Assembly (NCBI GenBank): GCA_037134915.1
Contig: JBAXLJ010000001.1
Coordinates: 229,484 to 293,483 of the forward strand
Direction: 5' to 3'
DNA from: Candidatus Falkowbacteria bacterium
Lineage (GTDB): Bacteria; Patescibacteriota; Patescibacteriia; Patescibacteriales; UBA12465
DNA: 64,000 nucleotides
Positions 9,401 to 17,029 of this stretch are shown in pieces. The translations under genes and the position numbers were made by a program. The notes under the pieces were generated by a model that had not been told where the DNA came from, did not search any database, and was given only the letters and a program-made list of their open reading frames with translations. Position 1 is the stretch's first letter. Each line of letters begins with the position of its first letter.

Positions 9401-9730
9401 GTCTTGAATTAAAAAAGCACTTGATAAGAAGTTAGTTGAACTGGCTAGATTTTGATTATTAATAACAGTCAGCGGAGTCGAAGTGGCCAAATTAGTCTTA
9501 GTTACCTTTTTTGTTTTTGGGGCTAATTTTTTTTCCTGAGCAATAATATTAGCTTTAATGTGTGAGGCTCTTTTGATATTATCTTGCCTTTCTTGAACAC
9601 TAGCTAGGGGCGGATTAACCATTAAACTGGCAATCATACCTCCTAAAAGGATGGCTAGGATGAGGGGAATGCCAATGAAGACCCATTTGGCTCTTTTCCA
9701 ACGTTTTTGTGAGAAATCTTCGAATATCAT
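6443..9730 (-). CDS. Triple-fusion exopolysaccharide enzyme: TM - GH18-like domain - NodB polysaccharide deacetylase - TM - family-2 processive glycosyltransferase (PgaC/IcaA/MatB-like)
   Basis: GINVDLEDL (GH18 DxxDxDxE-like); TFDDGP and HTYLHPD (NodB); VIVPCYNEE, DDGSTDNT, DGDT and QRFRWSYG (GT2 Q(R/Q)xRW). Confidence 0.85.
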   Translation of the reverse strand: MIFEDFSQKRWKRAKWVFIGIPLILAILLGGMIASLMVNPPLASVQERQDNIKRASHIKANIIAQEKKLAPKTKKVTKTNLATSTPLTVINNQNLASSTNFLSSAFLIQDDPSSLQSFERHASDTDIVFPDWYFLNSASCSVLEKEDSNITKAISSSSKAAIIPRFTNGYLGRWYGPETSIILHNSETSSCLAGALADLVIKSKAAGINVDLEDLKPEDRDAYLEFLKTLTEILHKNNKLVTVDVTANDPAYDFEYIGQIVDYVVLMAYDEHYPGGDPGPIASTDWFKDVVDQGINSVPKSKLIISLGAYGYDWTIGTTTSAESLKFNEVMSLASEAGAEPEMNSDSGFNMYFSYKDDSDNEHQVWFLNGTTAWNEVLIAKKSQVAGVALWRLGNEDESYWQVFNKQATGQSFTDSPKLNSITFENQSELFKLERDRANGHLQITTDSDGSIDYALYDKIPAGYDLGAVGQVFPDKQIILTFDDGPDEIWTPQITKVLKDNNIPATFFLVGDQAQRNPNVVSQMAKDGFMFGNHTYLHPDISTISRGRLDLELNQTQRVIESETNKRTILFRPPYDTDSTPSTPEQLKAISSVNKLGYIIAGANIDSEDWQKPGVDKIISNVLDQVSDSQNHVIVMHDAGGDRSQTVAALKILIPKLKAEGYTFVNFDTAAGLSRDQINPPLSGGELFFVEITSIWNFSLRWGWIIISWLFILTTVIAILRILFLGAMVIRSAKHYRKRQEKDFTEPVTVIVPCYNEEKTVAYTLVALQKSTKKNLEILVIDDGSTDNTSAEVEKFMKQDERIRLIKKPNGGKSSALNLGFTEAKYDLIITIDGDTILLPETINELTKPFADAKVDAVCGNVEVGNVRNLITGFQALEYITTQNFDRRAFDELNCISVVPGATGAWRRDKVLAVGGYGTDTLTEDADLTLRLLANGGVIVYAPEARSRTEAPETISGLAKQRFRWSYGTYQCLYKNRKLFFKGNLGWVALPNMLFFQIIFPVLSPIGDLVFLLSIIRGDFGAIFVGYLMFTVMDICGSLLAFTLEKKPKKLMWLILIQRFFYRQFMYVITYKSILAIIKGRHYGWNKLKRTGNNK

Positions 9731-9890
9731 AAGAGTTTAATTGATTAAATTAGCTTACATTATTATATATTATATATAGGGGGTAGCTAAAAAGCAATAT
9801 GAAATTAAAAATCTTTTTAAACAAAAAAAGCCTCTTTATTCGCCAAAAGGCGGAGAGACTTTTTATAATACTTAGTATTTTTTGTTATTT

Positions 9891-10415
9891 TTAGGCGTGA
9901 CCTAAAGTTTTTTCGCCTTCCTGCCAGTCTAAAGGGCATAAATCGCCGCTTTGAATAGCTTTTAAGACGCGTAGGGTTTCAGTGACAGAACGTCCAACTG
10001 AACCAGTCGACACGACAATATATTTGATCAGACCTTCGGGGTCAATAATAAATAAACCTCTTTCGGCTGAACCATCGTTTTCATTAAGAACTCCATAAGC
10101 TTTAGCTAAAGCTTGGGTCGTGTCAGCGAGGACGGGATATTTTATTTCCGGCAGATCTTTTTCTAACCAATTCTTGTGTGACCACTCTGAATCGGTGGAA
10201 GCGGCCAAAATTTCACAATTTAAATCTTTAAAATCAGCTTCATGTTTAGCAAATCCTCGGAGCTCCGTCGGGCAGACGAAAGTAAAGTCGCGAGGGTAAA
10301 AAAAGAGCACTAGCCATTTTCCGGAATAATCCGCTAAGCTGAGGTCTTTGAATTCGCCTTGATGATAGGATTTTATTTTAGTAAAATCTGGGGCCTTGGT
10401 ATTAGTGTTTAACAT
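9891..10415 (-). CDS. Peroxiredoxin (AhpC/Prx1 type)
   Basis: FTFVCPTE peroxidatic Cys motif; C-terminal resolving Cys (DLCPLDW). Confidence 0.9.
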   Translation of the reverse strand: MLNTNTKAPDFTKIKSYHQGEFKDLSLADYSGKWLVLFFYPRDFTFVCPTELRGFAKHEADFKDLNCEILAASTDSEWSHKNWLEKDLPEIKYPVLADTTQALAKAYGVLNENDGSAERGLFIIDPEGLIKYIVVSTGSVGRSVTETLRVLKAIQSGDLCPLDWQEGEKTLGHA

Positions 10416-10427
10416 ATCGTTAGGGGT

Positions 10428-10841
10428 TTATAAATAATAGATGATATCAGTTTTTTTAATTTTCTGGCCCATTATTTTAGTGGGTAATTTCAGTTTTTGG
10501 TTTCCTCCTAAATCATAGACTTTGCCTTGTTTCGTATCAACGACATGGCAATGAGTTTCTAACTTAGCGTCATAGCGATTAGGAGCTCCTGCGAGGGGGA
10601 TTTCGATTATCAAACCGAGTTTCTGAAATTGAATCAGATTTTTATAGACAGTAGCCAGGGAAATATTTGTAAATTTGTTTTTCACTTGTTCGTAAATATC
10701 CTGAGCTTGGGGATGACTGCAAGAAGAAGCGACAATTCGGAAGATTTCTAGCTTCTGTGGCGTTAAGGGTAGACCCTGATTACGAACAGCTTGCCGAAAA
10801 TTATCTAAGCGCTGGGTTATTTCTTGCTGACTGATAGTCAT
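10428..10841 (-). CDS. Fur-family transcriptional regulator (PerR-like by context)
   Basis: Winged-helix region ...SLATVYKNL... and a His/Cys cluster ETHCHVVD. Lies 12 nt upstream of the peroxiredoxin on the same strand. Lacks C-terminal CxxC pairs. Confidence 0.7.
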   Translation of the reverse strand: MTISQQEITQRLDNFRQAVRNQGLPLTPQKLEIFRIVASSCSHPQAQDIYEQVKNKFTNISLATVYKNLIQFQKLGLIIEIPLAGAPNRYDAKLETHCHVVDTKQGKVYDLGGNQKLKLPTKIMGQKIKKTDIIYYL

Positions 10842-10988
10842 ATTTATTTAGATGATAATTAATATCAATTAATAACTATTCTCCATTATATAGTAAGCGC
10901 CAAACTTTGTCAAGCCTTTAGTATTAGATATAAAAAAGCTGATAATTAATTATCAGCTTTTTTAAGCCAAGCCTTCATTTAAAACGTC

Positions 10989-11606
10989 TTAAACAGCGGC
11001 TCGGTGGAATTCTCTAATTATTTTAACAACAATTCCTCTAACTTCCACTTCTTTGCGGAAGATTGGAGAAAAGGTCGGATTAGCCGGTTGCAGCCTTATT
11101 TGATCCTTCTCCCGATAGAATCGTTTTAAGGTTGCCTCGTTATCGTCTATTACCGCCACGACGGTGTCGCCGTTGTCAGCATAATTTTGTTTTTTAATGA
11201 TGGCAAAGTCGCCATCAAAAATACCATCACCAATCATTGAGTTACCGTGAACTTTTAGAGCGTAAAGTTCGCCGTCTTGAAAGCGCCGGTCTTTGGCGAT
11301 TTCAATAACTTCATCGGGAATCTCAATGGCTTCAATCGGTTTGCCAGCGGTAATAATTCCCACTAGCGGCACCGCCATCATGTCGGTCATTCTTTTTCCC
11401 ACTAACTCCAAACTCCGAGAAACATTCTTCGCTCTTTTGAGAACGCCTTTGGAGATTAAAGTTTTTAGATGTTCATGAACTGTGGAAACAGCTGATATTT
11501 GAAAATGGTCGCGGATCTCGGGTAGAGATGGGGCATAACCATTCTCGCTAATACAGCTGGCTACATAGTCATAAACCTCTTTTTGTTTTTTGGTTAGTGT
11601 TGGCAT
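10989..11606 (-). CDS. lexA: LexA repressor
   Basis: N-terminal wHTH, Ala-Gly cleavage site (IITAGKP), catalytic Ser (GNSM) and Lys (ATLKRF). Confidence 0.9.
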   Translation of the reverse strand: MPTLTKKQKEVYDYVASCISENGYAPSLPEIRDHFQISAVSTVHEHLKTLISKGVLKRAKNVSRSLELVGKRMTDMMAVPLVGIITAGKPIEAIEIPDEVIEIAKDRRFQDGELYALKVHGNSMIGDGIFDGDFAIIKKQNYADNGDTVVAVIDDNEATLKRFYREKDQIRLQPANPTFSPIFRKEVEVRGIVVKIIREFHRAAV

Positions 11607-11722
11607 AGGGGTTAAATGTTTATTACTTTTATATTATACCGAAACAAAACCGAATGCGCAAGCCCCCTCGCAAAAACTGTTAAATATTGTATAATATAAG
11701 TATAAGTAATTAGTAAAAATAT

Positions 11723-12211
11723 ATGGCTGAAGTCACAATTTTTCATAAAATTATTAGCGGCGAAGTACCTTGTTATAAAGTTTGGGAGGATACTGATCAT
11801 TTAGCCTTTTTGTCGATTTTCCCTAATACCGTTGGCGTCACCGTGGTGATTCCTAAAAATTATGAGCCAAGTTATTTTGCGGACGCACCCGACGCCGCTC
11901 TTAGCGCTTTAATTTTGGCGGCCAAAACCGTCGCCAAACTCTTAGACGAAAAACTACCGGATGTCGGCCGGGTTGCTTTAGTTTTTGAAGGTTTTGGTGT
12001 TAATTATTTGCACGCTAAATTATTCCCGATGCATGGCACGGATAATCCTGATTGGCGGCCGATTAAATCATCGGACCATGAAGAAATTATTTATGATAAA
12101 TATCCTGGATATATTTCCTCTCATGATGCCAAATTAGAAGATAGCGATTACTTATCTAATTTAGCGGCGTATCTGCGCGGCGAAGTTAATGAATATCCAG
12201 TTAGAGCTTAA
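11723..12211 (+). CDS. HIT-family protein with degenerate histidine triad
   Basis: N-terminus FHKIISGEVPCYKVWEDTDHLAFLSIFP is Hint-like; the triad position reads NYLHAKLFP. Confidence 0.7.
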   Translation: MAEVTIFHKIISGEVPCYKVWEDTDHLAFLSIFPNTVGVTVVIPKNYEPSYFADAPDAALSALILAAKTVAKLLDEKLPDVGRVALVFEGFGVNYLHAKLFPMHGTDNPDWRPIKSSDHEEIIYDKYPGYISSHDAKLEDSDYLSNLAAYLRGEVNEYPVRA

Positions 12212-12249
12212 TTTGTTTTTTTTAATTAATCATTAAATTTTAAAAATGT

Positions 12250-12909
12250 ATGTTAAGAGTCTCTGAGAAATATTTGCCCATTGATAAAAGCACGCCTAGG
12301 GACGAAGAGAAATATCTGCCGATTGATAGGAGTCCGCAATTTGATGAACCAGATGATTTAGATAACGAAGAGTTTGTCCACGCTAACGATCCGAAGCGGA
12401 AATTTTTGACCGCCGATAAAGTGCCAAATACTGAAGACGATGAAGAAAATGAGGTTGAAATCAGCACCGAAGATGATGAAGAAAATGAAATAGAACCGAG
12501 TCGGGAAGATGATGAAGAAGATTATTATGATACTGAAAAAGCTTTGCACGAGGTTCGCGGTGATATTAAAAATTACGATTACCAGCATCGTGGTCCAAAA
12601 GATGTTGGTAATCTAGAATCTTTTCATATTGATCATGACACTGAAAGTATAACGGCGGTTGTGGGTGATGGTCCCGTTGTTAAAGAAGGCAAGCTAGATG
12701 ATTCGTTGATAAATGAAGAGGGGCAACAAGATAAACCTTTAAGACGCGGCGTTAATATGCAGTTTATTCCTCAAGCTAGAAAGATGTACGATCAGCGCCA
12801 ATATATTAAGCAAACTGAGAACTTAAAAACTCTGCCCGATAACAAAGTTCAAAGGAGTAACCGGGGTCTGATTAGAAAATTTTTCGATAATTTCGCTGGT
12901 AAAAATTAA
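12250..12909 (+). CDS. Acidic low-complexity hypothetical protein
   Basis: Repeated EKYLPID(K/R)S and EDDEENE(V/I)E motifs; strong terminator follows. Confidence 0.45.
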   Translation: MLRVSEKYLPIDKSTPRDEEKYLPIDRSPQFDEPDDLDNEEFVHANDPKRKFLTADKVPNTEDDEENEVEISTEDDEENEIEPSREDDEEDYYDTEKALHEVRGDIKNYDYQHRGPKDVGNLESFHIDHDTESITAVVGDGPVVKEGKLDDSLINEEGQQDKPLRRGVNMQFIPQARKMYDQRQYIKQTENLKTLPDNKVQRSNRGLIRKFFDNFAGKN

Positions 12910-12921
12910 TTATTTTTCCAT

Positions 12922-12949
12922 AAAAACGAGCGGTAACCGCTCGTTTTTG
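12922..12949 (+). terminator. Intrinsic terminator
   Basis: CGAGCGG-TAA-CCGCTCG followed by TTTTT. Confidence 0.8.
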
Positions 12950-13038
12950 TTTGGTTAAACCTTGACATATTGCATTTAAAAGGGTAAAATTATTCTTATC
13001 GTAAATTAACAATAAACTAAAAAATAGGAGAGGAAGCT

Positions 13039-13512
13039 ATGGAGGGACAAGTGACCGAAGTGAAAAAAAATGTCTTTAAAATTGTAATGAAAACTGAGCT
13101 GATTATCAACTATGACCAGCCAGTAAGTGAGATTGCTTTACCAAAAAAAGTGCGAGATGTTAATCGCGGCCTTTACAAGGTAAAGATTGAAGAAACTGGT
13201 GAAAAACCAGTCGTCGTCGTTCTAATTGATCTTGGACCGGAGGTCTGTCATAAAACCGCTAAAATGGCTATGGAAAAAGCGGGCATTAGTCAGGCCGGGG
13301 TTCACGAAATTGTCCATTTTGCTTCGGTTTTACCGGATTTACCGGAAACTAAATTTTATATTTCCTCACTCAGAGAGGAGTCTAAACACGGTCCGTTGGA
13401 ACTAGTTCCGACGATCTGTGTGTATGGCAAAAATTCGGTAAACATTTCCCTAGGATTAAGGGATGATTTACCACTACTAAAAACATATTTTCTCGGCATC
13501 GAGGATAACTAA
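13039..13512 (+). CDS. Hypothetical protein
   Basis: 157-aa ORF with AGGAGAGG Shine-Dalgarno sequence upstream; no motif recognised. Confidence 0.45.
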   Translation: MEGQVTEVKKNVFKIVMKTELIINYDQPVSEIALPKKVRDVNRGLYKVKIEETGEKPVVVVLIDLGPEVCHKTAKMAMEKAGISQAGVHEIVHFASVLPDLPETKFYISSLREESKHGPLELVPTICVYGKNSVNISLGLRDDLPLLKTYFLGIEDN

Positions 13513-13521
13513 TAAGCGTTA

Positions 13522-13567
13522 CCCCATCTTTCAAGCAATTAAGCTTTGAAAGGTGGGGTTTTGTTTT
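13522..13567 (+). terminator. Intrinsic terminator
   Basis: CCCCATCTTTCAAGC / GCTTTGAAAGGTGGGG stem followed by TTTTGTTTT. Confidence 0.8.
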
Positions 13568-13623
13568 ATAGTGATTAAAAGTGTTGATTAGCTAATAATC
13601 TTATGCTAATCTATATTCGACCA

Positions 13624-13710
13624 GGAGAGGTGCCAGAGCGGTCGAATGGAACAGTCTTGAAAACTGTCGTACCTGAAAGGGTACCGAGGGTTCGAATCCC
13701 TCCCTCTCCG
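13624..13710 (+). tRNA. tRNA-Ser (anticodon UGA), CCA not encoded
   Basis: Acceptor GGAGAGG/CCTCTCC; anticodon stem ACAGT/ACTGT with loop CTTGAAA; long variable arm; T-arm GAGGG-TTCGAAT-CCCTC. Confidence 0.92.
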
Positions 13711-13721
13711 CAATCACATTG

Positions 13722-13746
13722 AACAAGGCTAAAACCTTGTTTTTTG
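13722..13746 (+). terminator. tRNA terminator hairpin
   Basis: ACAAGG-CTAAAA-CCTTGT followed by TTTTT. Confidence 0.75.
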
Positions 13747-13765
13747 GTGCCTTTTTTAAGTTTTT

Positions 13766-13806
13766 CAGTTCGAACCTGGCACAGGGAGTGCGGGACTGTT
13801 TTTGGT
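13766..13806 (+). repeat. Degenerate T-loop-containing repeat R3 (weakest copy)
   Basis: CAGTTCGAACCTGGCACAGGGAGTGCGGGACTG + TTTTT. GTTCGAA is shared with the other copies, but the rest is G-rich rather than C-rich. Confidence 0.4.
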
Positions 13807-13942
13807 AAAATGCTTATTTTTTAGCCATTTTAAGGTAAAATTCTCTGGTTCGAATACAAAAAATTTATTGATTCATATTATTTGTTTTATTTTGTTTGTG
13901 GTAAAATATATAAATCAAATTAATTTAAGTTTATTAAATTTT

Positions 13943-14284
13943 ATGCAAGAAATTACAATAAAAGAAGCACAAACAAGAGTAGATGATTGGATTAAAACAA
14001 TTGGCGTTCGTTATTTTTCAGAGTTAACTAATCTGGGTCAATTGACCGAGGAAGTTGGCGAGGTCGCCCGTATTATAACTCGAACATATGGAGATCAAAG
14101 TTTTAAAAAATCAGATGAAGGCCATAATCTAGGGGATGAATTAGCTGATGTTTTGTTTGTTGTTATCTGTCTTGCTAATCAAACAGGGGTTGATTTAACT
14201 GAAGCTCTGCAAAAAAATCTTGATAAAAAAACGAAACGAGATTCCGATAGGCATCAAAATAATGAAAAATTAAAAAATAACTAA
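13943..14284 (+). CDS. MazG-like nucleoside triphosphate pyrophosphohydrolase (cassette gene). ORF-track start 13802 is unlikely.
   Basis: EEVGEVARII ... GDELADVLFVVICLAN, the paired EExxE/ExxD helices of small all-alpha MazG/YpjD proteins. Confidence 0.72.
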   Translation: MQEITIKEAQTRVDDWIKTIGVRYFSELTNLGQLTEEVGEVARIITRTYGDQSFKKSDEGHNLGDELADVLFVVICLANQTGVDLTEALQKNLDKKTKRDSDRHQNNEKLKNN

Positions 14285-14328
14285 TACAGTGTAAAAATAG
14301 TGTTTAATTGGTATTTTCGCAAATTCCA

Positions 14329-14394
14329 GTTCGAACAAAGTCCCTCACTCCCCGCAGACAGGAAAAAGCAGCTTTAATTAGCTGTTTTTTTGTT
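14329..14394 (+). repeat. tRNA-Ser 3'-end-like cassette-boundary repeat R4
   Basis: GTTCGAACAAAGTCCCTCACTCCCCGCAG followed by hairpin AGCAGC..GCTGT + TTTTTTTGTT. Confidence 0.8.
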
Positions 14395-14414
14395 ATGTAT
14401 AAGCTTAAATATTG

Positions 14415-14445
14415 AGTTCCAAAGTGGTTCGAATTGACTTAGAGT
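14415..14445 (+). repeat. Extra tandem T-loop-like fragments (R4b)
   Basis: GTTCCAAAGTGGTTCGAATTGAC. GGTTCGAAT is identical to the tRNA T-loop region. Confidence 0.45.
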
Positions 14446-14591
14446 AGTAGGAATGGATATCGTTAAAAAGGTATTATTAAATTTAATATTAGGGAAAATT
14501 ATTTAGTTCTAACTTAAAACCTTGTTTATAAAAATATGCTAAATTCGGAGAAGTTTTAATACTTTGTAGCGGTATGATATAATATGTATAT

Positions 14592-15272
14592 ATGAAAAAA
14601 ATTATTATATTAGGTGCTAGTGATGGGCTCGGTAAGGCAATCGCTAGTTTATGCCTAAAAGAAAAAATAGAAGTGATTAATGTAAGTAGGACAGCTTGCG
14701 ACTTACCAGGCGTTGTTAATCTTACTTGCGATTTATCTATAGAAGAAGATATCAATAATACGAGTAATTTAATAAAAGAAAAGTATAATAATTTTGATGC
14801 TATTATCAATTGTGTTGCTATTGTAGCTATGGAGAAAATTAATGAAATTACATATTCTAAATTTGAAAGAGCATTTAAAATTAATACTATCGCTCCATTG
14901 TATTTATTATCTCTACTATTTGATAACATTGTAAAAAATGAAGCCGATATATTAAATATTGGCACGACAGCAGATTTAAAAGCTGGATTCAATGATCAAT
15001 TAGCATATACCTCAACTAAATATGGCCTAAGAGGCGGATCGTATAATATTGGATTAGAATTAGCAAAAACAAAAAGTAGAATGATATATGTTCACTGCGG
15101 TGGTATGAATACCAAAATGCACGAAAAGGATTATGGATTGAAAATAGATAATCCAGAAGAATGGATGAACCCACTCGATGTAGCTGATATAATTTTGTAT
15201 TTACTCAAATTGCCAAAACAAATAGAAATAACAGAAATTACTATTAGTCGTAAAAAAAGAAGATTGGGATAA
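14592..15272 (+). CDS. Short-chain dehydrogenase/reductase (SDR) family oxidoreductase (cassette gene)
   Basis: N-terminal ILGASDGLGKAIA (TGxxxGxG-type) and catalytic YTSTK (YxxxK). Confidence 0.8.
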   Translation: MKKIIILGASDGLGKAIASLCLKEKIEVINVSRTACDLPGVVNLTCDLSIEEDINNTSNLIKEKYNNFDAIINCVAIVAMEKINEITYSKFERAFKINTIAPLYLLSLLFDNIVKNEADILNIGTTADLKAGFNDQLAYTSTKYGLRGGSYNIGLELAKTKSRMIYVHCGGMNTKMHEKDYGLKIDNPEEWMNPLDVADIILYLLKLPKQIEITEITISRKKRRLG

Positions 15273-15388
15273 AATTTAGTTTTATAGCTTTATTATAAAA
15301 ACGTTTCAACTATCTGTCTTGCCTTCAAGCATTTTTAATAAAAACCAAACTACATATTTAGCTAATCATACAAATAATTTATCAAATT

Positions 15389-15456
15389 AGTTCGAATAGC
15401 GTCCCTAACACCCCGCCAATTGACAAAAGTATACCAAGATGGTATGCTTTTTTGTT
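15389..15456 (+). repeat. tRNA-Ser 3'-end-like cassette-boundary repeat R5
   Basis: GTTCGAATAGCGTCCCTAACACCCCGCC; TTGACA(15420-15425)-N17-TATGCT; hairpin AGTATACCA/TGGTATGCT; TTTTTTGTT. Confidence 0.85.
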
Positions 15457-15505
15457 ATTTTAATAATTAGTATAAAAACTATTTAATCCTTAAAATAAAC
15501 TAATA

Positions 15506-15760
15506 ATGAGTAAATTAAAAAAATGTCAGGATTGTGGCGCAGCTCCAGGTCAACCCCATAAAGATGGTTGCGATATCGAACGTTGTAGTGTTTGTGGAAA
15601 ACAACATATACAGTGTGGATGCGAGGGGCACGATAAAGCTTTTGCTAGATGGACTGGTTTTTGGCCTGGTTCTATTGAATCGGAAAATCTAGGCATAGAT
15701 TTAAACGAGTTTTACAGACAGGGTTTTCACAAAATATTTTTTGTAAAACCGGAAGTTTGA
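15506..15760 (+). CDS. Cys-rich small protein, probable zinc-binding (cassette gene)
   Basis: CQDCG..C..CSVCG..CGC pattern in 84 aa. Confidence 0.5.
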   Translation: MSKLKKCQDCGAAPGQPHKDGCDIERCSVCGKQHIQCGCEGHDKAFARWTGFWPGSIESENLGIDLNEFYRQGFHKIFFVKPEV

Positions 15761-15821
15761 AAAAACTATTAATTAGGGGGGGGGTGTTCAGTAATGAACA
15801 CCTTTTTTATTTGTTAAAACC

Positions 15822-15887
15822 GTTCTAACTACGTCCCACTCTTTCCGCACATTGACAAAAGTATACTAATGTGGTATACTTCTTGTT
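15822..15887 (+). repeat. tRNA-Ser 3'-end-like cassette-boundary repeat R6
   Basis: GTTCTAACTACGTCCCACTCTTTCCGCAC; ATTGACA-N17-TATACT; ..CTTGTT. Confidence 0.85.
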
Positions 15888-15927
15888 AAGAAAGATATTT
15901 AACATTAACATAAAAAAACCATAAGTC

Positions 15928-16131
15928 ATGATTCAAACAGTTCTTCTTTCGTTTTTGTATGGTGCGGTTGTATTTGGGGCCACTGCTTTATTCCTAGGAA
16001 AGAAAAAAGCTAGTAAATTACCTGGTGGTGCTATTTTAGCAGCCTTTATTTTAGCTCCATGGTGGGCTGCTTTAATTGGCGCTTTAGTAGGGCACTTTGG
16101 CGCTGCTTATTTAGTTAATAAATTTCTTTAA
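15928..16131 (+). CDS. Small 2-TM membrane protein (cassette gene)
   Basis: 67 aa with two Gly/Ala-rich hydrophobic helices. Confidence 0.45.
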   Translation: MIQTVLLSFLYGAVVFGATALFLGKKKASKLPGGAILAAFILAPWWAALIGALVGHFGAAYLVNKFL

Positions 16132-16209
16132 TTGAACCTTGGTTCATAAAAGGAGGTCTTAAAAATAGATCTCCTTTTTTCTTTTTAATTAACACTTTTA
16201 TATATCACT

Positions 16210-16280
16210 GTTCCAGTTACACCCCCCTCCCTCTCCGCTTATTGACAAAAGTATGCCAAGATGGTATGCTTTTTTGTTGA
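16210..16280 (+). repeat. tRNA-Ser 3'-end-like cassette-boundary repeat R7 (best match to the tRNA)
   Basis: GTTCCAGTTACACCCCCCTCCCTCTCCGCT (tRNA: ATCCCTCCCTCTCCGCA); ATTGACA-N17-TATGCT; TTTTTTGTTGA. Confidence 0.88.
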
Positions 16281-16389
16281 TCAGAACTTTAAAAAATAAG
16301 GTTAAATTTGGTTAATTGCCGAGTTCGTCTCAAATTTAGGCGGGTTTAGTAATTAATCAAATTAGTAATAACTTCAAAAATAAAATGTC
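16281..16389 (+). promoter_or_regulatory. Conserved structured cassette leader, copy L3
   Basis: Outer stem 16307-16319/16349-16361 and inner stem 16326-16330/16338-16342; ends at ATG 16390. Confidence 0.7.
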
Positions 16390-16821
16390 ATGAAAAAAAT
16401 GCTTGTTTTATTATTCTGTTTATTGATTTCTTTCGGTATTAAGGCTCAGACACCAGCCAAAGGGGAAATTCAAAAAATTTACAAAAAAGTTGTCACAAAA
16501 ATTTCATCTGAAGGCCGGGATACCGTAGAATTCAGGGTATTTCGTGTGGACACTTTTTCTGTAACCAATTTAGTTTACGAAAAAAAGCATGATTGTCCAT
16601 GTAGCAACAAGCAATGTCACGGCTCAAGGCTTACCCTATCTGCTAATTTTGGGAAAACAAAGATTTTTATTTTTCCTAATGGTGATTGTTTCTCTGAAAC
16701 AAATCATTCCAGTCCTGGTGTTGAAATTGTAGAAGTTAACCTAAAAGAAGAAAAAAAGTACGAGGCCAAATTTAAAAATGAGGCCAAAGTAGTTTTGTTA
16801 AACTATCTAAAATATTATTGA
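16390..16821 (+). CDS. Secreted hypothetical protein (cassette gene)
   Basis: N-terminal signal peptide MKKMLVLLFCLLISFGIKA|Q; no other motif. Confidence 0.5.
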   Translation: MKKMLVLLFCLLISFGIKAQTPAKGEIQKIYKKVVTKISSEGRDTVEFRVFRVDTFSVTNLVYEKKHDCPCSNKQCHGSRLTLSANFGKTKIFIFPNGDCFSETNHSSPGVEIVEVNLKEEKKYEAKFKNEAKVVLLNYLKYY

Positions 16822-16894
16822 TAGCCAAAATTTTGCAAGGAAGTCTAGCAATAGTCTTCCTTTTTTCTTTTTAAAGATCATTTTTATTACTAAC

Positions 16895-16965
16895 TGTTTT
16901 CCCAATATAGCGCCGATCTCCACGCCGATTGACAAAATTATACTAATATGTTATATTTTTTGTTG
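16895..16965 (+). repeat. tRNA-Ser 3'-end-like cassette-boundary repeat R8
   Basis: GTTTTCCCAATATAGCGCCGATCTCCACGCCG; ATTGACA-N17-TATATT; TTTTTGTT. Confidence 0.75.
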
Positions 16966-17029
16966 TCAAGAATATATTCTAGATTTTGCACTAAAATAAT
17001 AAAATTATTAATAAATTTAGTTTTAATAT

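Noticed and set aside
10842-10988. Fur/PerR box upstream of the fur-prx operon
   Set aside because: GATGATAATTAATATCAATTAATAAC contains one GATAAT hexamer, but I could not define a convincing inverted repeat in this very AT-rich region.
11607-11722. SOS (LexA) box in the lexA/HIT divergent promoter region
   Set aside because: CGAAACAAAACCG and CTGTTAAATATTGTAT resemble half-sites of the Gram-positive and E. coli boxes, but neither is palindromic. The operator of this lineage is unknown to me.
15776-15784. G9 homopolymer tract (and C6-C7 tracts in R1/R7) as phase-variation switches
   Set aside because: The tracts are intergenic, downstream of a stop codon or inside the repeat core. No ORF or promoter spacing would be affected.
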